A DNA stretch of 64,000 bases from Harriotta raleighana (lineage: Eukaryota). A program made the position numbers and the translations under genes. The stretch's first letter is position 1. The number at the start of each line of letters is the position of its first letter. The notes beneath the pieces are model-generated. The model worked only from the letters and a program-made list of their open reading frames with translations. It ran no database searches and was not told the DNA's origin. Shown here one piece after another: positions 1 to 13,515 of the stretch. The stretch lies in NCBI GenBank assembly GCA_050575255.1, contig JBNZDD010013638.1, positions 175,530 through 239,529 of the forward strand, written 5' to 3'.

Positions 1-49
1 CTTTATAGGAAAACCTGTGTGGCGCATTGAGATGTTTTGATAAACTGAT

Positions 50-370
50 AACAACAACAACTTGGATTTATATAGCATCCTCCCCCAATGCCAGACGGCA
101 TATCAGAGTGCTTCACAATAATGGAGCTCGGGGCCGAGCCAGGGAAAGGGGGAAGGTGACGATGGGCGTGTTTGAACAGAAAGGTCTTCAGGCGCGACCT
201 GTAAATGGAAAAGGAGGGGGGTCAGGCGAAGGGATTGAGGGAGGGAGTTCCAGAGTTTGGGGGCGCAGCAGGTGGAGGCACGGCCGCCTATCGGGAGGTT
301 TCAGGGGACAAGAAGAAGGCCAGACCCAGTAGAGCGGAGGCAATGGGTACTGCTGTGAGGAGAGAGAGTA
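50..370 (-). mobile_element. L2 LINE 3' fragment
   Basis: (caa)n tail followed by reverse-complemented L2 3' ORF2/UTR, e.g. ggagttccagagtttgggg. Confidence 0.65.
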
Positions 371-440
371 GGTTAAAGAGGTAGGTAAGAAACTAGATCA
401 AGTATTGTTAAGATTACAGCGTGTAGAAACACAGTTTTAC

Positions 441-602
441 CTTCTATGAATGCCCATGGCTGGACTGCATTCACAGGTTTATACAGAAGCTTCAGTGAAA
501 CGATTGGCCCATCCCCAATTTGTGTCTTAATGTTGGCATCGACAACGATGTACCGAATGCCGCTGCTAACCTCAAGTGGGGGTTTCTGAGGTGAAGGTGC
601 AA
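441..602 (-). CDS. TEK: TEK exon 10 (start of FN3-1); gene continues beyond the window
   Basis: caacAG...GTaaaa, 162 bp. Encodes VAPSPQKPPLEVSSGIRYIVVDANIKTQIGDGPIVSLKLLYKPVNAVQPWAFIE; human has GDGPIKSKKLLYKPVN. Confidence 0.93.
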
Positions 603-1222
603 CTGTTGAAAGGGCACATTACATAATATGTCAACAGGTGAGAATGAACCACAAAAACTATTCACAAAGATGAGAAGAACAAAGTCGTGGACAGATTTTG
701 AGTTTTCTTCTAAAACACATTTCTAAATGGACCATGCAGATCCTTTTACTGTGTATATCCAACCTCTGTGCTTTTGCTGGTGGATTAATTTAGTTACTGT
801 GTCTCAAACACAATCACACAACTGCATAGTTATGCAATACTTGGAGGTGATGCAATTGAGGAGACTGTAAAATGAACATAGGCCTTTGCTTTCTTTGGTG
901 GCTTTATTGAGGTCAGATAATTGACTCTGTCATCGAAGACTGATTGACTAGAAATAACTGTCTGCAAACATTGTGCTCTCTGCAATGATGACAGAATCAG
1001 GTTGCCACGAAGGATAATTGAGGCCAAGGCACTGAAGGGCTTTCTTCATTGTAACTAACCGGTTGCATGGCAGACCTGGCAATAGTGGCAATTCACAGCA
1101 TGAGAAAAACGGTATCATGCAATGGTCGTTGGGATTGTCGTTGGGATTGTCGTACTGTCGTTGGGATCATACTAGTCATATCAACTGAGAAAGATAAGAC
1201 TGCTCTCCAAATAGGAACCTAC

Positions 1223-1376
1223 CTTTAACAGAGACGTTGAAGGGCTTGTCAGCTTTGCCAGCTGCTGTCTGGACATGGCAGAGCCATTCTCCTGAATCTG
1301 TTGGGTGTATCACAGGCACTTCGAAGGATGCAATGGTCTGATTAATTGGATGTGTTAATGTCTTTGTGGCAGTCGG
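1223..1376 (-). CDS. TEK: TEK exon 9 (Ig3, C-terminal part)
   Basis: tttcAG...GTaggt, 154 bp, phase 0-1. Encodes PTATKTLTHPINQTIASFEVPVIHPTDSGEWLCHVQTAAGKADKPFNVSVK. Confidence 0.93.
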
Positions 1377-2700
1377 CTGAAATTAATAAATAGGAAACAC
1401 TATAAGAACACACAGTTCTTCCCATCACTGGGAAATTGGATATGCCATCTTATCAGTTGGATCTCTTGTGTACAATATATTCAAGCATCCATTAGAGGAG
1501 TAAGCCTGTTTTAAATATAGGAATATTGTGATCATAATATTCAAATAATTATTTGTGAAAGATTAACACATTTGACTCTATCAGTGAAAGCATCTTCAAA
1601 TTTAAAACTCCTCCCCCAAGTAATCCCAAGTAACAATTGTATATACTGTAATATGCATTTGGCTAATTGTAATGTGGCTTATCATGCAGGTGATGACAAT
1701 GAGCCATTTGATGACAGTTTGGCCAAAGGTGACATCGCTCATAAGATCATAGGAGAGTTTTGGATGAAGATTCCTTGGCCCATTTGGCTCTTGCTTCCAT
1801 CACTGCGTCAAACTGATTTTTGGATGAGTCCAATGACATGGCCTCAAACACCCTTCCTGGTAACCTCTTCTGGTTGTTTAATTACCTCCCTGATGTCTAC
1901 CCTGAAACCATCCTTTCCAACTCTAAAACTGTGCATCCTAAACTATTATTCTAAGTTTATTTTCTCAATCCTATTTAAAATTTTATATAGCGCTACAAGG
2001 TTTTCCTTGATGCAGCTCTTTCCAATACTGAAGAGTCTTAGCTTGTCTAATTTCTGCTCATAACTTAGTCCTCTGAAGGGGAATCATCCATCTTGCTTTC
2101 CTTTGTACTGTTAGCGCCTTGGGACGTCCTCCTGATGTAGTTGGCGCTTTACAAATGCAATTTGTTGTTGGTGTCTCCAACAAAGATCTGGGCAGCCTTA
2201 TTATATTCTGGCAACCAGAAATGTACACAATAAATTTATTGATAAGTGTATAATGATGTGCATGGGCAACCACACTGAAGAATAAATGATTGTGCACTAC
2301 ATTTATACAGTGATACTAAGCAGCTAATTACAAAGGACATTATGTTATCAGTGCATATTTTCCCGAAGAGCCCAGTTCATTCCTTTACTGAGAGGAGACA
2401 CAGATGGCTTGCTTGGAGGTGATAATCTCACTCACATAGACCAGAAGGCAGCTGCAGTGTAGCGGGAATAGTTTAAGGCGGTCGTCAGTGCCTCAAGTGT
2501 AGTAGGACATACTCTTACAGGTTGGGTGTTGAGACAGTTTATTTTACATCTAATCATGCTGCTATACCTTTTCAAAGAGTTCTTGATATTGTGTTCCAAA
2601 AATAAGAAAGTGTTCTATATCTTGGTACTAATGTGTCTCACAGAAAACAGTAGAAAACGCGGGTTCGATTGCTGAATTAACTGTGTCCCAAACAACTTAC

Positions 2701-2855
2701 GTGAACCTCTCTTCCATTTGGCTTTATAAGCTGAATATCATCGTGAGTTGGCAGTGGATGGCCTGTTGCAGTACAATTGAGGTGTAAAGTAATACCCGAG
2801 TTCACTTCAATATTGTCAACCATATTCACCACCATAGGAAGCACGTTTCCAATCC
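2701..2855 (-). CDS. TEK: TEK exon 8 (Ig3, N-terminal part)
   Basis: ctttcAG...GTaagt, 155 bp, phase 1-0. Encodes GIGNVLPMVVNMVDNIEVNSGITLHLNCTATGHPLPTHDDIQLIKPNGREVH. Confidence 0.93.
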
Positions 2856-3624
2856 CTGAAAGAAATGACTGTGTTTACAAACAAGGGCAGTGTTTTACTA
2901 ACCTTCACTGATGAAAAATTGCACTGCTCACCAATAATAGACAGTAAAAATGGAAATAAAAATATCCAACACTGTTGTCTGCTTTGTACTTAATTCTTAA
3001 GTAGGTAAATAATTTTGGTAAATTTATGAATTGCAATGCTCACGGCTAGAAATAAACATTTGTTGCCTTTGTGGTAAATTATCATTATGAAACACTCTCA
3101 GGTCAGGTATTGCCTGGATTATAAAAGAGGTTTTCAGGAAGAGCAAAGATTGTCTCAGAGAGAAGCAATGCAATTTAGGAAAGCTGAAAATTTAGGAAAG
3201 GAATTGGAATATCTTGAGGGAACTAATCAGATCTTGGAACAAAGAATACCTCAGAGAAATGGAATAGATTTAGGGAACAGTGACTGCTTGAAAGGGAAGT
3301 GATGGATTTTGGTGGAAACCTCAGTCACTGATAAAACAGTTTCTAAGTAAACATTTAGTGGCAGATTTGTCAATAAATCTGAATTTCAAATTTTCGTACA
3401 GATCGATTCATGAACCTCATTGGGGGTGATATGAAGGCTGAAGAGAACAGATTGATACATTAGCATTGCAGTTGAATCGGCCATTAAATTGCTCAGCATA
3501 TGTATTTGTCTTCCCAATTATTTGACTCTGAAGACACTGGCAGCCATATTTGCCAAAAAATCCAATCACACTGAGTTCTAACACAAGCTAATAACATCAT
3601 GGATGTAGCCTCTTATTATATAAC

Positions 3625-3862
3625 ATAATAATAATAATCCTTGCATTTTATATAGCACTTTTCACAACTTATCAACGTCTCAAAGCCCTTCACAGATTTA
3701 CTGTAAAGTGAATTGGCTGTATATTTGTGGGAGAAACACGCCAGCCAGTTGTGCACAGCAGTGTCCCACAAACAGTCATGGATTGAAATTACCTATTTTT
3801 ATTTATGTGGGTTTTTTGGAGGGATTATTGTTAGGCATGTCAAGTAAGGAAATTTGCCCAAA
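3625..3862 (-). mobile_element. Deu-type SINE, 5'-truncated
   Basis: (taa)n tail plus the SINE body shared with 24914-25232. Confidence 0.75.
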
Positions 3863-3884
3863 GTTTCGCCAAATCTAAGAGTTC

Positions 3885-4712
3885 GTTTTCTACAGTTGAA
3901 CGTCAACAAGACCGAGGTCCTATTGATTGGCTCGCGCCAGCGCCTTCTTGCATCAGGCGCTGGCTGCATCAACCTCCATGGTTGCATATTCATCCTCCCG
4001 AAGCCAGTCAGAAACCCAGGTGTCTTGTTTGACCCTCAACTGCTTTTCCTCCCTCCCATCCAAGCATTGACTTGCTCTGCCTTTCCCCACCTCTGCAACA
4101 TTCCCCGACTCCGCCAATACCTCACCCCTAAAGTCACTGAAACCCTCATACACGCCTTCATTACTTCCTGGCTCGATTATGCAAATGCCTTGCTGGTCGG
4201 CCTTCCCAATTCCTCCCTCCACAGGCTGCAGATAATCCAGAACTCTGCAGCCTGTGTCCTCTACCATTCTAAACACTGTGATCCCATCTCCCCCATCCTC
4301 GCCTGACTCCATTGACTTCCCATCATCCAGAAGATTCAATTCAAGATCCTGATCCTCACATTTAAAGCCCTCCACAACCTCTCCCCACCCTACATCCGTA
4401 ATCTCCTATCCCCTTAATAATTTGCCATTCAGCAGGCTCTGGCCTGCTCCACATTTCCCGACCCACCCGGCGAGCCTTCAGCTACTCTGCCCTAACCTCT
4501 GGAATTCCATCCTGAAGTCCCTCTGCCTCGCCCCTCCCTAGCCTCCTTCAAATCTCGCCTCAAGACTCTCCTCTTCAATGTACCCGTCGGCAACTCCCCC
4601 ACACCCACCCTTTCCTCAGTTCGAGTCTGAATCAGTGACTATCCAGAGCCTTGGGACGTCCTCCTGATGTGAAAGGCACTATACAAATTTAATTTTGCTG
4701 CTGTTGTTGTTT
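3885..4712 (+). mobile_element. L2 LINE 3' fragment (RT C-terminus and tail)
   Basis: LQLNVNKTEVLLIG...LIHAFITSWLDYANALLVGLP...LQIIQNSAA, then tail gccttgggacgtcctcctgatgtgaaaggcactatac and (gtt)n. Confidence 0.9.
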
Positions 4713-4773
4713 ACTTTCCTGGTATTTGTTTTAGCCTAAGGTCATTCCCTGATTACAATGTACCTTGCTTTAC

Positions 4774-4902
4774 CTTCTTTCTCACAGTGTAAGCCGTGCC
4801 ACCCTTGGGGACACAAGCAGCCTTGGAAGCGGTCACACGTTCCCTCGTTGTCACACTCACACCTCAGCTGGCAGCCGGGCCCATAAAGCCCAGGATCACA
4901 AG
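4774..4902 (-). CDS. TEK: TEK exon 7 (EGF-like 3)
   Basis: tatcAG...GTaaag, 129 bp. Encodes [43 protein letters not shown]. Confidence 0.96.
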
Positions 4903-5549
4903 CTGATAAGCAAAAAAAAAAGAATGTTTTATCAAATTGCATTGTAACAACAACAACAACTTCGATTTATATAGTGCCCACTACGCCGGACGGTGTCTCA
5001 GAGCGCTCCAAACAGTTATGCAACAGTTACATATCAGGATACATTAAGGATACTTTGCCATTTGCTATTAAGAGCTGCACAAAATTGGTTTTACTGGCAC
5101 CAAGAACGTTAACCATCTCACAGTACTTGTTGAAACATACAGTTTTTGCAGGAAGATACTGCGGTTACTATTTGTGCACGGTAAGGGTTCAATTTATCTG
5201 GAGGATCATTTACTTTTGAATAGTGCCATAGCCATTTCATTCAACTGATCAACAGGCAATCGAAACCTCAGTTTAACATCTTATCCAAATCATCATCTCT
5301 GACAATGAATGATTAGCCAGTACTACATTGGTGTGTTAAGGTAGACTATGAGTTTTGCACCCATAACCTTCAGTTTCAGAGGCAGGAATCTTCCTTACTG
5401 ATCCAGGCTGATATCTACAATGGAACCCTTAGTATTTGCGGGAGGGGATTCAATACGGTAATAATATAATTTTGATGTATCTTTAGAAGGGGTATTCTTA
5501 TTCACATTCACTGATACTTATGGACTCATTTCATGTTTATGCAATGTTT

Positions 5550-5810
5550 CCTGCATTCCTTTCCAAGGTCCTGGAACAAATTTTTGCTTCCCAGCTTCAC
5601 TCCTTCCTCTGCATCCACTCCCTTCGTGAACCCTTCCATTCGGGTTTCCGTGCCGCCCACATCACACAAGCACCTTTAGTCAAAGTAGCAAATTACATTT
5701 TGTCCATCTGCAAATAGGGATCCCTCTGCCTCCTTGCCCTTCTTGACTTCTCAGCTGCCTTGGGATGTTCTTTCGTCATGAAAGGCTCTATACAAATGTA
5801 ATTTTGTGGG
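5550..5810 (+). mobile_element. L2 RT fragment and tail
   Basis: FLSKVLEQ...HSGFRAAH and an LDxSAA-like segment, followed by an L2 tail. Confidence 0.65.
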
Positions 5811-5828
5811 TGTTATGTCCACGATTAC

Positions 5829-5966
5829 CTTCATCACATTGAAGCCCTTTCCATCCAGTCGCACAGGAGCATCCATAAGGATCTGGGAGGCAAAAAACTG
5901 AGAAACTGCAATTTCCTTCTTTGCAGGTTTCTCTGCAGGATTTTCCATATGCACCTTGTTCACAGG
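5829..5966 (-). CDS. TEK: TEK exon 6 (EGF-like 2)
   Basis: ttcAG...GTaatc, 138 bp. Encodes [46 protein letters not shown], with the Tie-family motif [11 protein letters not shown]. Confidence 0.96.
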
Positions 5967-6511
5967 CTGAAATTAAAAGGAATTGAAAAAAATAGTATGA
6001 CTGGATGTAAATCACACAGAGGCTTTGCAGTTTGTTTTTAAAAAGATCCCATCTGTGTAATTTTACAAGGTATAATTTGATATTAATAATTAATATATAA
6101 AAGGTATTGCAATGCAATAGATAAAACGTAACTGTTTATAGCCCCTTGTATTGAGTGACCTAGTTCGCTGATGATGGTCCATGATTTTTTTTTGCACCTT
6201 CAAGATATAACGCCTTTCATTTCAGGAGGATGTCTCACAATGCTTCACTGGATGTATAGTAAAGTATAGTTGGTTTTGTGGGTGATGTCTCATTTAAAGT
6301 ATATTAAACAGGAGAAAGAAGTGGTAATAATTATAATATGGTGTCTTATCACGTTGTCAAAACATCTCAAGCAGTCACAAAGTGAATGATTAATTTTAAA
6401 TGAGGGATAGTTGGCCAGAGCAGAAACTCCCTTCTTTTTTGAATATTATTATGGGATCTTTAGCATCCACCCGAACGGACATATAGGTCCTGGAGTTATT
6501 GTCTCATGGTA

Positions 6512-6816
6512 TAGTAAAACCTTATTTATCCATGACTCGATGAACCGGAAAACCCGTTCAACCGCCATCTCCAAAACAAAGTCTTGATTTGAAAGTCGAG
6601 TTTTTTTTACTTCCGTTGGGTGAGGGCTGCCATTGTGAAGTTAAGTATAAATAATAAAGTACTAATATAATATTTTGTTATTATTTAGTCTATTAATAAT
6701 ATGCTATGTGCTAAAATAATTTTTAATTTAAAAAATATATATATTTTTTTTAAAACGTTTAACCGGAAACTGTCACTGGCCAGGTCCCGTGGGTGCTGGA
6801 TAAATGGGTTTTACTG
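6512..6816. mobile_element. Tc1/mariner (Tigger-like) MITE
   Basis: TIRs tagtaaaaccttatttatcc / ggataaatgggttttactg, flanked by TA. Confidence 0.8.
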
Positions 6817-7124
6817 TACCTCTGATAATGCAACGGAGTGTATACTCATGAGAGATAAATATAAAGAGGTCTTCCACTCTACCAGTCAACAAACTCAAAA
6901 GGTAGGGCTGTATCAGCTGGACAAGAGATGTGAAACATAACATTACAATGGTATTCCTGCTGTGTGCAGATACAAAAACGTAAGAATATACAAAATTAAC
7001 ACTACCATGTTGTGGAAGTAAAGAATTTCTTAAATCTTAAAGTTGGCTTTAGTACATCTTCAGTAGGACGGGTAAGAATACACATTTAACATATGTAAAT
7101 TTTACACAGTTTCTAATTTCTTAC

Positions 7125-7256
7125 CAGTTTCACATCGGTCCCCCATGAAACCAGGTGGACATATGCACTCTCCCACCTCGTCATGACAAACACCTCTATT
7201 TAGGCACATTGGGCAGGTATTTGCGCAGTCAATGCCCCACTTCTGAGCTTCACATC
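7125..7256 (-). CDS. TEK: TEK exon 5 (EGF-like 1)
   Basis: 132 bp, donor GTaaga. Encodes RCEAQKWGIDCANTCPMCLNRGVCHDEVGECICPPGFMGDRCET. Confidence 0.96.
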
Positions 7257-7454
7257 CTTTAATGATAATATTAAATGTTTAATATCATTGAATAATCTTA
7301 ATTTAAATTAACACTGGACTATGACCAGCAATCACAATGACACTATAAAGCTACTCAAAACATGTGGCTTTCAATGTAGAAAGGTTTCTAGGGGTATCTG
7401 AAAATGTCACAAAATATTTTGAATGTGGTTATGAAAAATACAAGTAAATATATT

Positions 7455-7770
7455 GTTTACAACAAACAACAATAAATTACACTTATATAGCATCTTTCAT
7501 GTTGGGAGGAAGTCCCTAGGCGTTGGACAGTCAAGGATTCAAACTGTTGGTTGGGATCAGGAGAGATGGATGACAGGGAGGGTGGGCGGCTGAGGATGAC
7601 CAAAGGTGTGGCTGAAGAGGAAGGTCTTGAGAAGGACATTAAAGGATGGAAGAGGGTGGGGTAGGCAAAGGGGCTGGAGGAAGGAATTCCAAAGAGTGGG
7701 GTCAGAAAAGCCGAAGGTCTGACTGCCAATTGCATGGACATGGAACAGGCCGGAGCCCACTGAGTGGAGG
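7455..7770 (-). mobile_element. L2 3' fragment
   Basis: Reverse-strand L2 tail and PTLWNSF-type ORF2 end. Confidence 0.75.
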
Positions 7771-8765
7771 TAGCAGACAGTTTGATATGGAATTTACAGC
7801 ATTATTGGATGTCTTGGCGATGAATGAAATGGAGTAAAAGCAACCATTGAGGCCAATTGTGAAGCTCATGGTTCATTGACAACATGGGGTCAAATTTGTA
7901 GTAGCTTATAAAGAACTTTTGACCCTGAAATTGATTTGAGTCTTGCGGCATATATCATTTCAACTCGAGAGAATGCCACTCTGAAGATAGGTGAAGCTGG
8001 AGTGATGTTCCCACTGGTCACATCAAGAACATCCTGATTTTTTAGTAAAGCAATTTGACAAAGGATAAAGTAAGATAAATCCCTATTGGGTAGAAAATCC
8101 ACCCGGCTCGAGATTTACTTTATTTTATTAGCATTTTTAGTGCGGCCAGAGTTTGGCAAACAAGCTTCAAGATGAAAACTGTATTTAGGAACTTGGCAAC
8201 TTCTGCACATTGTGAAATGCTAAGAAAATGGAGGGAATCTTGAGCCGATGCGGAATGTCTACTCCCTACACACTAATTGAAATTCCAGGAATACCCATTA
8301 GGGAGCTGCTGGCAATAATATTTATCAGTCAGACAGGTTCAACTGAATGATATACGAGTAGGTCAGGACTGTATTAAGGTATCAGGTCCAATGCTAATTC
8401 AGTGCTGACTCTGACAGATGCCGATGAGCTGCTTTCTGCTTCTGCCATCAGCATAACCAGAAATCTACATTTACATATCGCCTCTCATGTCAAGGGGATA
8501 TCTCAAATTGCTTGAAATAAAGATAAATAATGACTACATTGACAATTCAACGGCAATGCTCTGGAATTGTCATTCACTTTTCTGGGGATGACTTTTGAGT
8601 TAAATTGCAAAATGGTGAAATGTTCTGTTTTGACATTTTAAATCATTTAATCTGGGAGGCAACCCTGTCATTCACCAGACATCTGGCACTTAGTCAGTCT
8701 TTGGAGTCAGTTTCCAGCCAATCTACTTGAGGCCCTGAATTTCAACCAAAATGTGTTTTAAAAAT

Positions 8766-9160
8766 ACAACAACAACAAATACAACAACAAAATTACACTT
8801 GTATAATGCCTTTCACTTCAAGAGGATGTCCCAAGGTGCTGGACAGTCATTGTTTCAGACCTGAGCTGGGGTCGGGACTGCGGAGAATGGAGGGCAAGAG
8901 GAGGATGTGGGGTGACCGACGGGACCATCGAAGAGGAGGTTCTTGAGGCAGGACTTGAAGGAGGCCAAAATGGGGGCAGGTGGAGGGTCTGTGGGATGGA
9001 GTTCCAGAGTTTGGGGGCAGAGTGGTTGAAGGCTCGCCCACCAATGGAGGGGCGGGTGGGTCAGGAGCAGGCCGGAGCCTGCTGAGCAGAGGGGGCGAGC
9101 AGGTTGGTAGGGGGTTAGAAGGTCACCGATGTGGGGTGGGACGTGGCCACAGGAGGCTTT
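8766..9160 (-). mobile_element. L2 3' fragment
   Basis: (caa)n tail and reverse-complemented L2 ORF2 end. Confidence 0.75.
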
Positions 9161-11394
9161 AAATGAAAAAATTAAGAGTGCACAGAAAAGTGAAATTTTT
9201 TCCTAAATTCAGTTGAATTTGGAAATCAGTTTCTTTTCAAGAACAACGTAAATTTGACTTCCAAATCAAGACTGAAATTTTTTTTTTCTACATAAGTCTG
9301 CATAAACTTAAATTTTAAAATGAATCGGGCATACAGGCTAACATAGGGCGAAATATTAGAACTTTTGGTTGGTGGGACCTGAATAGCTGTGGAAATTGGC
9401 GGCAGGAAATTCCCTGGATCCGTCCAGTTGTTAAAAGGGTTAAAATAATCAAGACTTTCCGCTATGCCTGTGTATGAAATCAAAATAGTTTTGTGAAATT
9501 TGCTCACGAAGGGATGTTTCCTCCTGAGCTGAACAATGCGGCTCCTGATGTAATGTGTGTGTCTAACTGCATGGAACTCAGCCAAATGAGTAAACTTTGC
9601 TTAGGTTAGTCCCTGGGGTTGATTCGCTCTTGAAATGAACAGGATTGGGCCGGTATCCAGCTGTGCTGCAGACAAGTCCCTCCCCACCCAATGCTAGGGC
9701 TCAGCGTGTGGGTATCCAACTAGTTACTCACATATTACAGTTTGGGATGTTATTCGATGGGGTAGCTGCTTATTCTGAGTCTTTGTTTAGTAAACTGCTG
9801 CCATTAACCCATCAGTCAAATGTTGCGATCCACAATATACTGGACAATGATGGTGAATATACAACCTGGCTTCATAATTTTGAGATCAAGAAAGGTCCCA
9901 GGGGATGGAATTATGGAGGGGTATGTATGGGGAGATTGCCAGAGGTGTGGCGTATCTGTTTCTTGCACATTCAGGTATAATTATACAATCAAAGAGTTTT
10001 ATGGCATAGAAGGGGCCATTTGACTCATCATGTGTGTGCTGTTTTGCTGGCTCTGTGAAAACGCTTGTCCACTTTTTCCCACTCCCTGACACGTTGTCTG
10101 TGATCCATTTTTTCTTTTTCTCAAAGAATTGGCCAATTGGCTCTTTTTAAGCTATTCCTAATATATTCATGATCATTTTCTGAATGTAAACCACATGTGG
10201 GATCTTTTTGTAATTGTGAGAAAGATCCGGAGCTCATTATAGGAAAGAGCCTGGCCAGTCTTTATTTGGACAATCAAACTCAATATTTTACTCAAAGGAA
10301 CATGAATGGGGGTAGTTTTCAAAGGATTATCACCTATCATTCTGTTTGTCTGCTTTTTTCATGCGTTCTGAGACGCTACCTTGTCTGAGCGTGCAACATA
10401 AATGCAAGTTGCTGTTGTTGTATTCTGGATAAATTTTTTCTTAGGCATTCACAAGGGGAGAAATATGGGAAGAAATTCAACCGGAGTCTAGATTTACTTA
10501 AATCTATTTAGTTATGTTTTACTTCATCCAGAATTTGGTAAACCCGTTAATACAAAGTTAATATTGAAACTGTTTTACTGTAAGTTCTTTCAAGAATCAC
10601 AAAAAACACATGCAACTTCAGAGTTGCAACTGAATTCACCAATTAGCCAAATGTTGTGCACTCCAACATATTGTATAAATAGATCTAGATCCAAACAGCA
10701 TTTATTCTCTACTTACTATTCTGGATCAACCGGTCTCGAGTTTCCACAATCTATCACTTGATTCATAATTTCCATATCCCTCATTTTTGCCTCCTATTTT
10801 TACCTTTATTTTCTTGCTGAGATTTTCCTAATCCTTTAGATTATCAGACCTTTGGATTCTCCAAATATCTGAGCAACACCGAAAGCCTGAAAGTCCACTT
10901 GGCCTTAAGAGCGTCATAAAAGTTAAGATCACACAGAATTGTAGAACAATTTTAAATTAAAAATGTTTTAACTCAGAAACTATTTGCTGACAGTTTGTTT
11001 TAAAAGAGCTCTGGAAACCCTGATTCTAGATGGAGCTTTTATTTAGGAATTTTCCAAAATTCTGCACTGACTTAAATGTTAAAACAATGGTCTTAATGCT
11101 CAGACCAGTTAGATTTCAGGCCACTTATATCTCACGATGGAAATGGTGTTTTCTCCTGCAATACTGGGAATGTTCCAAATGGCCTTAAGTTTCCAGCAAA
11201 CACCCACAAGCTGGGACAATAGCAGAGATTGCTGGGAGTGTAATGTCCGTTGGTGCACTTCTTAACCCTTCAGCAGCCAAAGTTAAACTTATACTTTTAA
11301 GACAAATTTATAGTTCTCTACAAACTTGAAAAAAAATTGGAATGTTTGTTCCCAGCCTTGGACATCTCTCTGTCCCATTCAATCTCCATAAACC

Positions 11395-11700
11395 ATAGGC
11401 GGGGAGGCTCTTGAAGTCAGGTAGAGAAGGATCAAGGTGGAGAGGAGAAGGAAGGACTTCCAGAGGCTGGGGGCATAGTGCATGAAGGCTTGAGCATTGA
11501 TCGTGAGGCGAAGGGGGCAGGGAACACGCAGCAGGCCTGAATTTGCTGAGTGGAGAGTTAGCAGAAGCATGAGAAGATCACAGTGAGGGGGAGATGTGAG
11601 GACATGGAGGGATTCATGGATTAGGGTGAGGATCTTGAGTCAGGGAGCCAGTGGAATCCGGCAATGATGGGCAGGCGAAGATTTGTGAGAGTAAGGGTAA
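11395..11700 (-). mobile_element. L2 ORF2 3' fragment
   Basis: SANSGLLRVP...AFMHYAPSLWKS. Confidence 0.65.
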
Positions 11701-11795
11701 GGAAGGTGGGGTTTAGTTTAAGGAGCAGACATTGACTAGAAAAAACCAAGGAAACAGAGATACCACAAAGTAATCAATCCTCTGTCAATCCTTAC

Positions 11796-11948
11796 TTCTT
11801 ACTATCAGCTTCGTGAATGCTGCTATCAGAAACGGGCTATGAATCAAGGACACAGAGTAGACCCCAGTGTCATCCAAGGAAACAGAGGCGATGGAGTGTT
11901 CAACAGTGTCTTTGACGTCCTGTCTGGGTATGGACGTGATAAATATTC
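11796..11948 (-). CDS. TEK: TEK exon 4 (Ig2, C-terminal part)
   Basis: cttcAG...GTaagg, 153 bp. Encodes IFITSIPRQDVKDTVEHSIASVSLDDTGVYSVSLIHSPFLIAAFTKLIVR. Confidence 0.95.
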
Positions 11949-13515
11949 CTGAAGAACAACAACAGAAAAGCTGCAGGTTAAAATATGTTCAATAAATTCC
12001 TTGTAAAATCCACTGTCAGACTACCTTACAAACTGGACGTCATTTAAGCAAGTATAAGGCTGCATTTCTCTGGCTACTTTGATGACTCAATCACAGCACT
12101 GACTAGCGGGTTTAGATAACATAGGCAACTATTTATATCAGAAAGGCAATCAAACACGTCAATTGGCTGGAAAACTTTAAAATACCTTTGATATAGCGCA
12201 TTGTCAACTCTCAAAGTGTTTCATGGGATTTGCTGTAAAGTGTAGTGACTGTGCAGCTGTAGGTGAACAAAGCAGCCGATTTACACATTGTGGGCCGTGG
12301 CCAGAGTGTTATTCAGCTTGTGTATAACTTCTCTGGATCTGAACGCAACCAATTTGACAATGTAGCCAGGCATCCTGTTGCCTTGTTTATTCCCCAACTC
12401 CTCCCTCTCCAACTGGCTATGGCAATCCCTGGACTAGCATCTACAACAACAACAACTTCGATTTATATCGTGCTCTCCACGGTGGATGGAGTCTCAGGGC
12501 TCTTAAAGAGAAGAGGCTAGAAAAGGCTTCACACCAGACAGCTATTCAGCTGCATCTCAACAATTGGGGACAAGATGTGACCAAGTCAGCCACCCCCAAA
12601 GGTTTGAGTCGTCTGCTAACTCTCACTGCCGAGGTTCAAATACAAACTGTGGCCTCTGTGTGAGCTAACAGAGGGTGGTCAATACCTCTAGATCCCAAAC
12701 CAACAGGGTCAGGCCTTCAAAACAACAGAGAAAACCCAGTAGCCCCAGTAGTTGTCATTACACTAACACTGCTGTGTGCAATTGGCTGCCGCATTAGCCC
12801 ACAAATATACAGTGAATTCACTTTACAGTATATTATATGAAGCACTTTGAAATGTCGATAAGATGTGAAAAGTGCTATATCAAATGCAAGGATTATTATT
12901 ATTATTACAACTAGTCCTAGCCTGTAAGCATGTCGTCTTAAAAGGTTGAATTAGCGCAGAATTGTGGAACAATCTTAAAATTCAGTGCTAATTTCAAAAC
13001 ATTTTTCTCAAAAACATCTTCAAAATTAAAACACCTGGACTGTCCATCCTCCTGACGTTAAAGGTGCCATACGAATGCAATTTGTTGTTTGTTGTTATTA
13101 AAATAATCCATCTTAAATTTTAGGCCAAAGCATTCTTTCCAGGTGAGATTAGATGGATTTCCAAGTGAACTCTCTCACTAAAAAACTAATCTCTGAAATA
13201 TTCTTCTGTTGGTGACATAATTAATAAAGCCACTTGTTATCTGAATTCTAGAAGACCAAGGCAGCACACTCATGTGTATGGGAGTGTAAGAAGGAATCGA
13301 GTCAGTAAAGTCACAGGAAGGGAGATCTGAAGCACACTCATCTCATACAGTATTATCTACAGACTGGTATTTGAACAAAGAAAACAGTAACTTTGAACTA
13401 GAAACCGACTGTGAACGCGTCTGATCTTTACACTGAATAATGATGTAGTGTAACTAAAGACAGACCAATCAGTTAGTCCAAATGAGAATGGACTGAATGT
13501 CCCAGGCTTGATTAC

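Noticed and set aside
1125-1167. Short gtcgttgggatt tandem repeats (also the 71-bp dimer at 16452-16580 and the degenerate minisatellite at 19400-19520)
   Set aside because: Ordinary slippage repeats with no unique spacers. Not CRISPR-like, and the context is eukaryotic.
1572-2063. 163-aa plus-strand ORF antisense to a TEK intron
   Set aside because: Non-ATG start, no recognisable domain, and partly resembles decayed LINE sequence.
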